Of a stretch of DNA of 64,000 nucleotides, positions 20,030 through 30,171 are shown piece after piece. The translations under genes were made by a program, and so were the position numbers. Under the pieces are notes generated by a model, which was given only the letters and a program-made list of their open reading frames with translations, made no database searches and was not told where the DNA came from. Numbering within the stretch: the first letter of the stretch is position 1; every line of letters starts with the position of its first letter. The stretch comes from Abditibacteriaceae bacterium (GTDB lineage: Bacteria > Armatimonadota > Abditibacteriia > Abditibacteriales > Abditibacteriaceae). The stretch spans positions 3,520,001-3,584,000 of the forward strand of contig OZ255721.1 in assembly GCA_965277285.1 (NCBI GenBank), in the 5' to 3' direction.

Positions 20030-21004
20030 ATGACACATCGCATTGGCGTAATTGGCGCTGGCCCGAATGCCTCCACGCACGCGACTTATTTCGCGCGTTC
20101 GCCACGTTCTCAAGTCGTGGCGATTGCCGATCCCGTCATTGAACGCGCGCAAGAACTCGCGTCCGTCACCGGCGCGCGCGCTGTCGCCGACTTCCGCGAG
20201 TTTCTCGATGAAGTGGATGCCGTCGTTGTTTCTTCGCCCAGTTTTCTGCATCACCAGCACGCGATGGCAGTTGCGCAAGCGAAGAAACATTTATATTGCG
20301 AAAAGCCGCTTGGCCTCAATTTGCAGCAGGCGAACGAGATTGACGCAGCCGTAAGCGAAGCGAAAATCGCTTCCGTCGTTGGTTTCACGCCGCGCTTTAG
20401 CGGCTCGTTGCAAACCCTTTCGCGTTTGGCGCGCCAGGGCAAGTTGGGGCAAATCGTTTCAGTCGGTTCGCGGCGATTGTGCTTCATCAAAACCGGCGAA
20501 ATGACATCATGGCGCAACGATCACTCGCAATCCGGCGGCTTGTTGTTGGAAATCAACATTCACGAACTCGACTGGATTTTGCGCTCGGCGCACGAAAGCG
20601 GCTGCGGCCCGGTGCAAAGCGTTTATGCGCGAACCTGGGCGGCCGAAGAAGGCGAACATCGTAACGATTCCCTGTGGGTCACCATCGGCTTTGGCAGCGG
20701 CGCGACTGGCTGGCACGAAGGCAGTTGGAGCGCGCCTAATCCCTCGTTTTTTCGTGAGATTCAGGGCACGCGCGCCACTGCCGCGACCGACGAATGGGGC
20801 AACGAGGTTTATACCGTTCGTATCGGCGCAGGCCGCGAACCGCAAGAAGTCGATCCCGATTTCGATTTGCGCGGTCATTTTCTCGATTGCATCGAGGGCG
20901 CCGCGCCGGTTTGCGATGTCGCCTGGGGCGCTTATGTGATGCAGGTTTGCGAAGCCGTTTTCGCATCGGCGGAAAGCGGTCAGGTCGTGCAGTCGGGCGC
21001 GTGA
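20030..21004 (+). CDS. Gfo/Idh/MocA family oxidoreductase
   Basis: IGVIGAG, YCEKPL, GGLLLEINIHELD. Confidence 0.9.
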   Translation: MTHRIGVIGAGPNASTHATYFARSPRSQVVAIADPVIERAQELASVTGARAVADFREFLDEVDAVVVSSPSFLHHQHAMAVAQAKKHLYCEKPLGLNLQQANEIDAAVSEAKIASVVGFTPRFSGSLQTLSRLARQGKLGQIVSVGSRRLCFIKTGEMTSWRNDHSQSGGLLLEINIHELDWILRSAHESGCGPVQSVYARTWAAEEGEHRNDSLWVTIGFGSGATGWHEGSWSAPNPSFFREIQGTRATAATDEWGNEVYTVRIGAGREPQEVDPDFDLRGHFLDCIEGAAPVCDVAWGAYVMQVCEAVFASAESGQVVQSGA

Positions 21005-21063
21005 CAATCGAGTACTCGATCTTGAATTCGGGAAGAGTAAACGAAACCCCATGAAATCAGGAG

Positions 21064-21132
21064 TTTGTCATTCTGAGCGGAGCGAAGAATCTAACTTAAC
21101 GCCAGATTCTTCGCTCCGCTCAGAATGACAAA
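21064..21132. repeat. TGTCATTCTGAG-family hairpin repeat
   Basis: TTTGTCATTCTGAGCGGAGCGAAGAATCT...AGATTCTTCGCTCCGCTCAGAATGACAAA; half copy at 15718-15744. Confidence 0.9.
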
Positions 21133-21290
21133 GTGGAAGTTTTGAGCGTTTCGTAAGACTTTGTATACACACTCTCAGAGTGACAAACTCCTGGTTTCGA
21201 GCGTTTCGCGGATTTTCTCTGCACACTTTAAGTAAATGGTCATCGTTGAAAGGAATTGTTGAAAATCAAAGATTGAAAAGGTTTGTCGTC

Positions 21291-22052
21291 ATGAAGATTG
21301 ATTTGTCAGGAAAAATCGCGCTGGTGACGGGCGCTACGGGACAATTGGGGCGCGTGATGGCTTTGAGCCTGGCGCGCTGCGGCGCCGATGTCGCGGTGCA
21401 TTTTCATCGCAATGAGGAACAGGCCGCGACTTTGTGCCGCGCCATCGAAAATGAAGGGCGGCGCGCGGTCGCGGTGCAGGCCGATGTCACAAACGCGGCT
21501 TCGGTCGAAGCGATGCGCGACCGCGTGAATTCTTCGTTAGGCGCGCCACATATCATCGTCACTAATGCCGTGATTCAATACAATTGGACGAGTGTTTTGG
21601 ATCAGGCCGTTGCAGATTATGAAGGGCAATTTCGCTCGTGCGTCTTGCATAACGTGCTGATGGCGCAAGCCTTTGTCCCCGCGATGATCGAAAGAAACGA
21701 AGGTCGCATTATCGCTATTAACACCGAATGCGCCATGCAAACTTTCGCGGGACAATCCGCTTACGTTTCGGGAAAACGCGGCATGGACGGCGTATTACGA
21801 GTACTCGCGCGCGAAGTCGGCCAGCATAACATAACGGTGAATCAAGTCGCGCCGGGCTGGACGATTTCGGATAAAGACCGCGCGAGCGGCGGCGAATCGC
21901 AGCCCGATTATCAAAATAAAGTGCCGCTGAAACGACGCGGTACGGATCAGGAAATCGCTAATGTGGTGGCTTTTCTGGCGTCCGACCTGGCGAGCTTTGT
22001 CAGCGGCGTCTACTTGCCCGTTTGCGGCGGTAACGTGATGCCTACCATTTGA
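21291..22052 (+). CDS. SDR family oxidoreductase (FabG-like)
   Basis: LVTGATGQLG, YVSGK (YxxxK), VNQVAPG. Confidence 0.9.
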   Translation: MKIDLSGKIALVTGATGQLGRVMALSLARCGADVAVHFHRNEEQAATLCRAIENEGRRAVAVQADVTNAASVEAMRDRVNSSLGAPHIIVTNAVIQYNWTSVLDQAVADYEGQFRSCVLHNVLMAQAFVPAMIERNEGRIIAINTECAMQTFAGQSAYVSGKRGMDGVLRVLAREVGQHNITVNQVAPGWTISDKDRASGGESQPDYQNKVPLKRRGTDQEIANVVAFLASDLASFVSGVYLPVCGGNVMPTI

Positions 22053-22140
22053 AACAGCATTCAAAAACAGCGTGACTTCTCCAGGTTGTTCGAGATTTCT
22101 CTTGTAAACGATAGTTGAAAGCCATTTTGACGGAGACATT

Positions 22141-23655
22141 TTGTTCATAACGCGCTTGCGAATAATTCCATCATTGGCAACTGGCGCCGTGTTGTTGGGA
22201 ATCAGCGGTCTATCATATGCCGGGCAGAATGCGGTGACGAGCGTTGTCGCGCCAACCACGTCGCAAGCGCTCTCACAATCGGTCACAGTCACTGTCGGAA
22301 CGCAGGCGCGCCAAAGTTTTGCGGGTTTGGGCGCGAGTTGCGGCAATTGGGGGCACCAATACGCACAACTGACGTTGTCAGAACGCGCAACTTTGTCGCG
22401 GCTATTGTGGCACGATTTGAAGATGAAAACCTTGCGCTTGTGGATGAACACCGATCAATTTGCCCCGACGCGCGGCGCCCGCGACATTTCGGTTTTTCGC
22501 GCCCAATATATTGATTCGGGCTTGATTGCGGATGCGCAGAAAAACGGTGTCATCAATCTGTTGTTGGCGCCGGATGGAATGCCTTCGTACATGAAGGTCA
22601 AGCGCGATGGCGGGCCGCACGATTACGCCTTGAAAGAGGATGAAATCGGTAATTACGCGGCGTTATTAGCCGATTTTATCCAGCAAGTGAAAACGCAAAC
22701 TGGCGTTCTGATCAATGTCACGGGTTTGCAAAACGAGCCGAACGATCTGGATCGCATCGCGCCCGACCAACTGGCATCTGTGACCAAAGCTCTGCGAAGT
22801 GCTTTGGATGCGCGCGGCTTGCGAATGGTCAAAATCGTGGCGCCTGAAAGCGCCAACGTCGATGGCGTGTTCTATGATGCGTTGGCGCGCTTGAAAAGTG
22901 ACACCGTTGCGTGGAATGATCTGAGCGGCATCGCGTCGCATTCTTACGGCATGGCGGCAACCGAAGAGGCCGCGAAAACAATCGCGGGAACCGACGGTCG
23001 CAATACGAAAGAGTACTGGATGACCGAAGCCAGCGATAACGGCGCGGAAGTTCCCGATGACGCGATTCGCGCGGCGTCTTTGTCGTCGCGTTTTCTCAAC
23101 GACATGAACCATCGCGTGACGCATTGGGTTCACTTCATCGGCTTTGAAACGCCCGACCCAAACGACAACGCGACGCGCATTATCGCCTATACGACAAGAC
23201 CGCTACACACCACGATTTTCCAAAAGTACTATTATTATCGGCAACTGAGCGAAGCGTTCGATGTCGGCGCCGTTTTTCGCAGTAGCCAGAGCGATTTAGA
23301 CGGCGATATGACGTGGACATATGGCAAAAAACCGCGCCTGACCGCCGCCGCAGCGCGCAACCCAAATGGAAGTTGGAGCATCGGATTAAGCAATTTTACG
23401 GCGCTCACTTTTAGTGATGCTGATGATCCGAACAACTTCGTGTTGCACAACAGTGGTTACACGGCGCGCACTTTCAATGTCACCGTGCGCGTTCCCGAAC
23501 TGGCCAAAGTCGCGCAAGTTCGTTTCAATATAAGGCGCAGCAACAGCGGCGTCAATGACGCGGAGCAGGGCAGCCTCTTGATGCGCTACGGGCAAATCGT
23601 GGTGCCGAACGTTCGTCCTCTTGACCTTATCACGCTACGTTCCACGCATCTTTGA
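22141..23655 (+). CDS. Secreted glycoside hydrolase, clan GH-A (GH30-like)
   Basis: Signal peptide, QSFAGLGAS, LQNEP acid/base and YWMTE nucleophile motifs. Confidence 0.7.
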   Translation: MFITRLRIIPSLATGAVLLGISGLSYAGQNAVTSVVAPTTSQALSQSVTVTVGTQARQSFAGLGASCGNWGHQYAQLTLSERATLSRLLWHDLKMKTLRLWMNTDQFAPTRGARDISVFRAQYIDSGLIADAQKNGVINLLLAPDGMPSYMKVKRDGGPHDYALKEDEIGNYAALLADFIQQVKTQTGVLINVTGLQNEPNDLDRIAPDQLASVTKALRSALDARGLRMVKIVAPESANVDGVFYDALARLKSDTVAWNDLSGIASHSYGMAATEEAAKTIAGTDGRNTKEYWMTEASDNGAEVPDDAIRAASLSSRFLNDMNHRVTHWVHFIGFETPDPNDNATRIIAYTTRPLHTTIFQKYYYYRQLSEAFDVGAVFRSSQSDLDGDMTWTYGKKPRLTAAAARNPNGSWSIGLSNFTALTFSDADDPNNFVLHNSGYTARTFNVTVRVPELAKVAQVRFNIRRSNSGVNDAEQGSLLMRYGQIVVPNVRPLDLITLRSTHL

Positions 23656-23741
23656 TGTTCGATGAGACAGCACGACGGTAGCAAGTTGCGCGACAGAAAT
23701 GAGATTTTCTTGTCTTTTCGCTACCATTTGATAACACAAAA

Positions 23742-23775
23742 TAGGCCTCAGCGTTGATAAAAACGCTGAGGCCTA
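23742..23775. terminator. Bidirectional terminator
   Basis: TAGGCCTCAGCGTT-loop-AACGCTGAGGCCTA between convergent genes. Confidence 0.75.
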
Positions 23776-23802
23776 AAAGTTTGGCAAGGCCGAATTTTCG
23801 CT

Positions 23803-24780
23803 TTACATTGTGGCATCGGCTGATGGCGTAGGCTTTGCGGCGGGTGCAGTGTCCGTTGTGCCGCTGGCGGCGGATGACTTCAAAGTGGCGAGACTTTGCG
23901 CGGCGTCGCTGTCGTCCGGGTCGAGCGCAATCGCTTGCTGATAAGCGGTCATCGCTTCTGCGTTGCGCCCCACTTTCGCCAGAGCATCGCCCAAAAAGCG
24001 GAAGCCTATGCCATTTTTGGGATCGAGTTTGGTGGACTGCATATAAGGCGCGATGGATTCCTGATATTGATCCGCATTGTAGTACGCGTTACCCAGACTA
24101 TAGAAGTTCTGAGCATCGGTGGCGTCCAAAGAAATCGCCCTTTTGTCGAGCGTGACTGCTTCGGGAAACTTTTTTTCGTAAATCAGCGTATCGGCCAGAT
24201 AGCGTAGGCCGGTTGCATCATTCGGCTTCATCGCCACATAGCGACGATATGGCGTTTCAGCTTGCGCATACTGATCGGCACCGTAATAAGCGTTACCCAG
24301 ATTTATCCAAGCGTCGCTTTTTTCCGGCTGCTGTTTGACGGCGACTTGTAATACGGGAATCGCTGCGGCGTAATTATCCTGTCGCACCAAATCGCCGCCC
24401 AGGTAAATGCGCGCGTCTAAAATCGTCGGTTTTAGCTGGATCGCTTTTTGAAAAGGCGCAATTGCTTTATCGTATTGCTCCAGCCCATCGAAGGCAATAC
24501 CCGCGCCGTAATACAGTTCGCCATCGGTCGGGTCAGCGGCAATCGCCTGGCGATAATCGGCCAGAGCCATCGTGTAATTGTTAGCGTTGTAAGCCACTTC
24601 AGCGCGCGCTCGCCACGTCGTCGCGGTTTTCTTGCGCGCTGCGGAGACTGTAGTTACGCAACTCGTCTGCTCAAATCTCGAAGATGTCTTCGATGTCGCT
24701 GCCGCGCCGTGTGATGCCACGATCATCAAGCTCGATAAACTCAGGCCTGCTGCAAGCCAACGATTTTTTCGCAAAAACAT
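23803..24780 (-). CDS. Secreted tetratricopeptide repeat protein
   Basis: Signal peptide and about seven 34-aa TPR units (AWINLGNAYY, YSLGNAYY); RBS GGAGGG. Confidence 0.9.
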   Translation of the reverse strand: MFLRKNRWLAAGLSLSSLMIVASHGAAATSKTSSRFEQTSCVTTVSAARKKTATTWRARAEVAYNANNYTMALADYRQAIAADPTDGELYYGAGIAFDGLEQYDKAIAPFQKAIQLKPTILDARIYLGGDLVRQDNYAAAIPVLQVAVKQQPEKSDAWINLGNAYYGADQYAQAETPYRRYVAMKPNDATGLRYLADTLIYEKKFPEAVTLDKRAISLDATDAQNFYSLGNAYYNADQYQESIAPYMQSTKLDPKNGIGFRFLGDALAKVGRNAEAMTAYQQAIALDPDDSDAAQSLATLKSSAASGTTDTAPAAKPTPSADATM

Positions 24781-24856
24781 AATTCCCTCCGCCAACCTTT
24801 TTCGCCCTTTATGCGGCGCGCGATGAAAGCAATAACGGTGCCACTCAGCGTACCAA

Positions 24857-24898
24857 AACAAAGAACGAATACCCGACTTCGAGTACTCGTTCTTTGTT
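24857..24898 (-). terminator. Terminator hairpin built from the 12-bp palindrome
   Basis: Minus-strand AACAAAGAACGAGTACTCGA-AG-TCGGGTATTCGTTCTTTGTTTT, directly after the AKR stop. Confidence 0.75.
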
Positions 24899-24924
24899 CC
24901 GCAACCGCAAGGGACAACGACGTT

Positions 24925-26007
24925 TCAGCCCAGCCATTGCGGGTTTTTCGCGGTCCCATCGAAGTGCGAAGTCGTCTTGAACAGTTCGTACTTGCCATCA
25001 GCGGCGGGAATTGCGGTTCGCGCCAACAATGCCATCTTTTGATCGCCCGTCATTGGCTGGAAAGTGCGCACAGCTTCGAGCGCCTGCTCCAAAACGGCGA
25101 TATTATCGATGCCTGTGATGACAACCGAAACGGGCTGCGACATCGAATAATGGAGCAATTGCGTTGGCGTGGCCGTGCCACTTTTGACAATGTGATCGAG
25201 AATGAAATGATCGCCAAAGGTCTTCATAGCGAGCACGCCGATTTTCTGTTGCAACAAAACTGGCAACACTTGACGCTGAAAACTGCGAAAATGTGCGTCC
25301 ATCACGTTGACCGGCATTTGCACGGTGTCGAAGTGGAAATTGTGGCGTCGCGCGGTTTCCAGCATACGCAAGTGAACCATCGGGTCTTTGTGTCCCGTGA
25401 AACCGATATGCCGAACTTTGCCAGCCTGACGCGCCGCCAATGCCGCTTCGAGCGCGCCGCCCGGAGCGAAAACGCGATCCGGGTCTTCCAAGCGAATGAT
25501 TTCGTGAAATTGCACCAGATCGAGATGATCGGTTTGCAAACGCAGCAACGATTCGTCGATCTGGCGCGCCGCCGCAGTTTTCGAGCGACCATCAATTTTA
25601 GTCATCAAAAAAACTTTGGCGCGGTAGCCGTCGCGCAACGCCTTTCCCATGCGCACTTCGCTGGTGCCTTCGTTGTAGTCCCAGCAGTTGTCCATGAAAG
25701 TGACGCCGCGATCAATGGCGGTGCGGATGATGCGAATGCTTTCCTGCTCGTTGGCCTGCTTGCCAATGTGAAAACCACCCAGACCGATCAGCGAAACGCG
25801 CTCGCCAGTTCGTCCGAGTACTCGATAAAGCATGTCGCCGCGCCGTTCGCTATCTGGCGTCGCAAAGGTTTTCGATGCCAAGGTTTGCAGCGATGTATCT
25901 GATGCGTTGGCCTTTTGCGCCAACAAATCGCCGCCTACAACAGCCACGCCTGCAGCCAATGCCGTCCCATTTTTCAGAAAATCGCGTCGTGTCGTTTTCA
26001 TGGTCAT
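24925..26007 (-). CDS. Aldo/keto reductase with a Tat signal peptide
   Basis: TTRRDFLK twin-arginine motif; LGRTGERVSLIGLGG, DNCWDY, SLLRLQTDHLDL. Confidence 0.9.
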   Translation of the reverse strand: MTMKTTRRDFLKNGTALAAGVAVVGGDLLAQKANASDTSLQTLASKTFATPDSERRGDMLYRVLGRTGERVSLIGLGGFHIGKQANEQESIRIIRTAIDRGVTFMDNCWDYNEGTSEVRMGKALRDGYRAKVFLMTKIDGRSKTAAARQIDESLLRLQTDHLDLVQFHEIIRLEDPDRVFAPGGALEAALAARQAGKVRHIGFTGHKDPMVHLRMLETARRHNFHFDTVQMPVNVMDAHFRSFQRQVLPVLLQQKIGVLAMKTFGDHFILDHIVKSGTATPTQLLHYSMSQPVSVVITGIDNIAVLEQALEAVRTFQPMTGDQKMALLARTAIPAADGKYELFKTTSHFDGTAKNPQWLG

Positions 26008-26110
26008 GCTCCGTTATGTTTCAGGAATTCACGCTCTTTCCGCTCGTGAAAGCGCGCTTCGAGCAAGAAACAAACCGCCAAAACACGTTTTCGACAAACG
26101 CGCCACAAAC

Positions 26111-26147
26111 AAAAGAACGAGTACTCGAATTGAGTACTCGTTCTTTT
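26111..26147. terminator. Terminator hairpin made of two palindrome cores
   Basis: AAAAGAACGAGTACTC-GAATT-GAGTACTCGTTCTTTT, just after the moeB stop. Confidence 0.8.
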
Positions 26148-26163
26148 TATGCGCAACCGAAAA

Positions 26164-27306
26164 CTAATAACGCGGCATTTCTTTGTCCACGTTGACAGCC
26201 CACGAATCGATGCCGCCGGCCAGGTTCGACAACTTCTCGAAGCCCATTTTGCGCAAGAAATTGATCGCTTTAGCCGAACGCATTCCGTGATGGCAATAAA
26301 CGACAGTTTCGTCCGCCGTGTCCAACTCGTTCATGCGATTGGGCAAATCGCCCAGCGGAATGTGCTTCGCGTTGGGCAGCGTCGTGATGTCCCATTCCTG
26401 CGGCTCGCGCACGTCCAACAAAGTGATTTTGCGACCGCTGTCCAGCAGTTCTTTCAACTGCCGCGTTGTCACAGTTTTCTGTGGCGCGTCGTCTTCGCCG
26501 TCTTCGTGCCCGCCAACGCCGCAGAAATACGCGTAATCCTGCAAACTGGTAATCGTCGGATGCGCCGAGCAAACCGGGCAATTCGGGTCTTTGCGAATCT
26601 TCAGTTCGCGGAACTTCATGTCCAATGCGTCATACAGCAGCAAGCGCCCGATTAGCGGCTTGCCTTTGCCGAGAATTAGTTTGATCGCTTCGGTCGCCTG
26701 CATCACGCCGATGATGCCGGGCAAAATGCCCAGAACGCCACCTTCGGCGCAACTGGGAACCATGCCGGGCGGCGGCGCTTCGGGATACAGGCAACGATAG
26801 CAAGGGCCGTCCGATGCGCCGAAAACTGTCGCCTGTCCGTCGAAACGGAAAATCGAGCCATACACGTTCATCTTCTTCTCGAAAATGCAGGCGTCGTTGA
26901 CCATGTAGCGCGTCTGGAAATTATCGGTTCCATCGACCACGATGTCGTGTTCGCGCACCAACTGCAACACGTTATCGTTGTTGATCATGTCCTGAATCGC
27001 GTTGACTTTCACGTTCGGATTGATCTCGTTGATGCGCTTTTTGGCGCTTTCCACTTTCGGCACGCCGACGCTGCTCGTGTCGTGAATCACCTGGCGCTGC
27101 AAGTTCGACAAATCGACGACATCCGGGTCGATAATCGTCATCGTACCGACGCCGCTCGCCGCCAAATACAACGCTGAAGGCGAACCCAGACCGCCCGCGC
27201 CAATCATCAAAACCTTGGCCGCATTGATCTTTTCCTGACCCGTCACGCCAACTTCCGGCATAATCAGGTGGCGACCGTAACGCATCACCTGTTCGTTTGT
27301 CATCAT
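26164..27306 (-). CDS. moeB: Molybdopterin-synthase adenylyltransferase with a C-terminal rhodanese domain (MoeZ-type)
   Basis: RYGRHL, GAGGLGS, SNLQRQ, CYRC, CPVC and rhodanese YCHHGMRS. Confidence 0.92.
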   Translation of the reverse strand: MMTNEQVMRYGRHLIMPEVGVTGQEKINAAKVLMIGAGGLGSPSALYLAASGVGTMTIIDPDVVDLSNLQRQVIHDTSSVGVPKVESAKKRINEINPNVKVNAIQDMINNDNVLQLVREHDIVVDGTDNFQTRYMVNDACIFEKKMNVYGSIFRFDGQATVFGASDGPCYRCLYPEAPPPGMVPSCAEGGVLGILPGIIGVMQATEAIKLILGKGKPLIGRLLLYDALDMKFRELKIRKDPNCPVCSAHPTITSLQDYAYFCGVGGHEDGEDDAPQKTVTTRQLKELLDSGRKITLLDVREPQEWDITTLPNAKHIPLGDLPNRMNELDTADETVVYCHHGMRSAKAINFLRKMGFEKLSNLAGGIDSWAVNVDKEMPRY

Positions 27307-27332
27307 CAGAAAATCCTTTGTCTTTTCAATTC

Positions 27333-28235
27333 CTACCCAAACTGTCGTCTTATTCTACCACGACACCAAAACCTGATGGTTCCATCGTATTCTAACGATG
27401 AATTAAGTATCGAGTACTCGATGTGTGTTACTTTTTTTGAAAGCGGCGTTTGAAAGCGGCGTTGGATGCGCAGCCAGGTTCTCATCAACAGGACGCGCCG
27501 AATGGCCGATTTGGACGTTGTGCGCGGGCGCACTTTATGCGGATGCGTGACGGCGAAGTCGCCGATTTCGGGTGGCGCGAGAAAGTTTGAGCGCACTTCG
27601 GAGAAATCGGCGACGGCGATATTTAAGCGTTTGCAAATGGTGCGCAATTGCAAATCGCCGATCACATAGGGGCGTTGATTTATCGCCCACAACGCATCGG
27701 GAACATCGGCGTAAGTTTGTTTCCAATCGGGCATTTCGTCGCTGTCGAGCAAACTGGAATCGAGAATTTTTTGTGCCGCCTGGCGCGTGAAACCGGTGAA
27801 ACCGCCTTGCACATTGGGCGGATTGAGTGGGACTTGCAGCACTTCGGTTCGGTGTTCGAGCGTGCCGAAAACGACGCAACCCGTCGGCAAAAAGCGAAAG
27901 CGGCGATGAATGCGCGTGTCTGTATCAATTTTCAAAATGTGACTGCACAGTTTTTGCGACGCATCGTGTTGCAAACTGTCGTGCAACACTCGCTTCCACA
28001 ATTGCCCGCCACTTTCCAAACCGTATAAATGTTCGCCTTTTGAGTACTCGATATTGAATTGCTGCGCTAATTCCGGCCAGCGCGCGTCATCGTCGCCATC
28101 GGAAACCATCACGATACGTGATGTGGGATAAACGCGACGCAGACTTTCCAGGCAAAGAACGGCGTCGTCGGAGTCGCGGTAAACCTGCAAATGCCAGGTC
28201 AAATCGCCGTCATCGAAATCGTGTTGAACTTCCAT
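27333..28235 (-). CDS. Hypothetical glycosyltransferase-like protein
   Basis: VMVSDG and KIDTD (DxD) motifs; located next to rfbC. Confidence 0.55.
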   Translation of the reverse strand: MEVQHDFDDGDLTWHLQVYRDSDDAVLCLESLRRVYPTSRIVMVSDGDDDARWPELAQQFNIEYSKGEHLYGLESGGQLWKRVLHDSLQHDASQKLCSHILKIDTDTRIHRRFRFLPTGCVVFGTLEHRTEVLQVPLNPPNVQGGFTGFTRQAAQKILDSSLLDSDEMPDWKQTYADVPDALWAINQRPYVIGDLQLRTICKRLNIAVADFSEVRSNFLAPPEIGDFAVTHPHKVRPRTTSKSAIRRVLLMRTWLRIQRRFQTPLSKKVTHIEYSILNSSLEYDGTIRFWCRGRIRRQFG

Positions 28236-28333
28236 AAACGTGTGGTGAAAACGGAGAAATGGCCACAAAAAGCACAAAGGACACAAAAGAAATGACAGAC
28301 AACGCTTCAGATTGGAGGGATGAAATCGCTTGT

Positions 28334-28909
28334 TTAACCACTTTTGTATTGTGGCAATTCGCCGTGTGGAATGTCGTTCAGGCAGCGATTTGTGGTGTCT
28401 TTTTTCGATAAAAGCGGAATTGTAATTCCGGCTTCTTTCAACATCCAATTGATGTTGAGTTGCGGATCGTCCCACGCGATGCCGCCTTCGTCTTCGGGAT
28501 GATACGTGTCGTCGCATTTATAAAGAAATTCGGCTTCCTCAGACAAGACGACGAAACCATGTGCGAAACCGCGCGGCACAAAGATCTGCGTTTTGTTTTC
28601 CTCGGACAATTCGGCGCTGATCCATTGGCCAAAATGCGGCGAACCAACGCGAATATCAACAGCAATATCGAGTACTCGACCACGCACGACGCGACACAAT
28701 TTGGCTTGCGGATGTGTCAATTGAAAGTGCAAGCCGCGCAAAATGCCTTTGCCGGACATCGAATGATTATCTTGCACAAAACGCGTCGTGATGCCTAAAT
28801 CGGCGAAAACGGTTTCGCTGTAGGTTTCCATGAAGAAACCGCGCGCATCGCCCCAAACTTTGGGCTGAAGCAAGACAACGCCGGGCAGATCAGTTTGAAT
28901 AAGTTGCAT
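28334..28909 (-). CDS. rfbC: dTDP-4-dehydrorhamnose 3,5-epimerase
   Basis: DARGFFMETY, QDNHS, LRGLHFQ, PRGFAHGF. Confidence 0.96.
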   Translation of the reverse strand: MQLIQTDLPGVVLLQPKVWGDARGFFMETYSETVFADLGITTRFVQDNHSMSGKGILRGLHFQLTHPQAKLCRVVRGRVLDIAVDIRVGSPHFGQWISAELSEENKTQIFVPRGFAHGFVVLSEEAEFLYKCDDTYHPEDEGGIAWDDPQLNINWMLKEAGITIPLLSKKDTTNRCLNDIPHGELPQYKSG

Positions 28910-28914
28910 GAGGG

Positions 28915-29002
28915 AAATGATGAATGATGAATGATGAATACGGAATGATGAATCCGAACGCCATATCGAGTACGCGATAGCTTCATTTCGTATTCATCAT
29001 TT
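28915..29002. repeat. Heptamer (AATGATG)n tract with an inverted counterpart
   Basis: AATGATGAATGATGAATGATGAATACGGAATGATGAAT ... ATTTCGTATTCATCATTT, with a palindrome variant at 28966 between them. Confidence 0.75.
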
Positions 29003-29006
29003 GCTG

Positions 29007-29879
29007 TCAGTCTTCGCGTTCGATGACGCTTTGAAGATATTGTCCGTATTCGGTTTTCTGAAGTTCATGTGCCATGCGCAATACGTCTTCGGCGGAAATG
29101 TAGCCTTGTTGGTAAGCGATTTCTTCCAGGCACGCGACTTTCAAGCCTTGCCGCTTTTCAATGGTTTCGATGAAATTGCCGGCTTGCAACAGCGATTCGT
29201 GCGTTCCCGTATCGAGCCACGCGGTGCCGCGTCCCAATTTTTCGACGCGCAACTTGTTCATCGCCAGATACGCGTTGTTGACGCTGGTAATTTCCAGTTC
29301 GCCGCGCGCCGACGGCTTGACTTCGGCGGCGATGTCGCAGATTTGTTTGTCGTAGAAATACAAGCCGACGACCGCATAATTGGATTTCGGATGCGCCGGT
29401 TTTTCTTCGATTCCGAGTACTCGACCGTTCTCGTCATAATGCACGACGCCGTAGCGTTCGGGATCTTTCACGTAATAGCCGAAAATTGTGCCGCCGTCTT
29501 CGAGTTGCGCGGCATTGCGCAAATCTTCGGTCAGGCCGTGACCATAAAAAATGTTGTCGCCTAAAACCAGGCTGGCCGCGTCGCCGTTCAAAAACTCGCG
29601 CCCAATGAGAAAGGCTTGCGCCAAACCTTCGGGTCGCGGCTGTTCGGCGTATTGAATGTTGATACCAAAAGTGCTGCCATCGCCCAGCAATCGGCGATAT
29701 TGCGGCAAATCTTCCGGTGTGGAAATCAGGAGAACGTCGCGCAATCCCGCCAGCATCAGCGTGGACAACGGATAATAAACCATCGGCTTGTCGTAAATCG
29801 GTAACAATTGCTTGGAAATCGCGCGCGTCACGGGATGCAGCCGCGTTCCGCTACCGCCCGCCAGAAGAATGCCTTTCAT
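29007..29879 (-). CDS. rfbA: Glucose-1-phosphate thymidylyltransferase
   Basis: [43 protein letters not shown]. Confidence 0.97.
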   Translation of the reverse strand: MKGILLAGGSGTRLHPVTRAISKQLLPIYDKPMVYYPLSTLMLAGLRDVLLISTPEDLPQYRRLLGDGSTFGINIQYAEQPRPEGLAQAFLIGREFLNGDAASLVLGDNIFYGHGLTEDLRNAAQLEDGGTIFGYYVKDPERYGVVHYDENGRVLGIEEKPAHPKSNYAVVGLYFYDKQICDIAAEVKPSARGELEITSVNNAYLAMNKLRVEKLGRGTAWLDTGTHESLLQAGNFIETIEKRQGLKVACLEEIAYQQGYISAEDVLRMAHELQKTEYGQYLQSVIERED

Positions 29880-30171
29880 GTCCACTCCCAGTCCATCGTT
29901 GTGATGCAACACGTTCGTGATGCAACACGTTCGTGCCGCAAAACGATGGTGCGTTCGCAGTTTGCGCGTTGCGCGGCGCGGCGTCAACTCCGGGAAGGTT
30001 TGGACGCTCATCGAGTACTCGAATCGAGTACTCGAAATCAAACCACAAAACGCGCAAAAGATATGACCAATTGATAACTTTATCTGTGAGAATGTTTAGA
30101 AAGCAGTAAAGCGGCATCAAAACTGCATTCTTTCGGGGCACTCAAAAATCCCTTCTTGGAGAGAAACGAAC

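Noticed and set aside
29901..29935. 16-bp tandem duplication GTGATGCAACACGTTC upstream of rfbA
   Set aside because: Only two copies; consistent with a simple slippage duplication and no function is supportable.
29880..30041. N-terminal extensions in the ORF track (rfbA, murI, murB, lpxD, the 27333 and 43249 ORFs)
   Set aside because: Family homology and RBS position indicate downstream starts; the extensions cross repeats or neighbouring genes.
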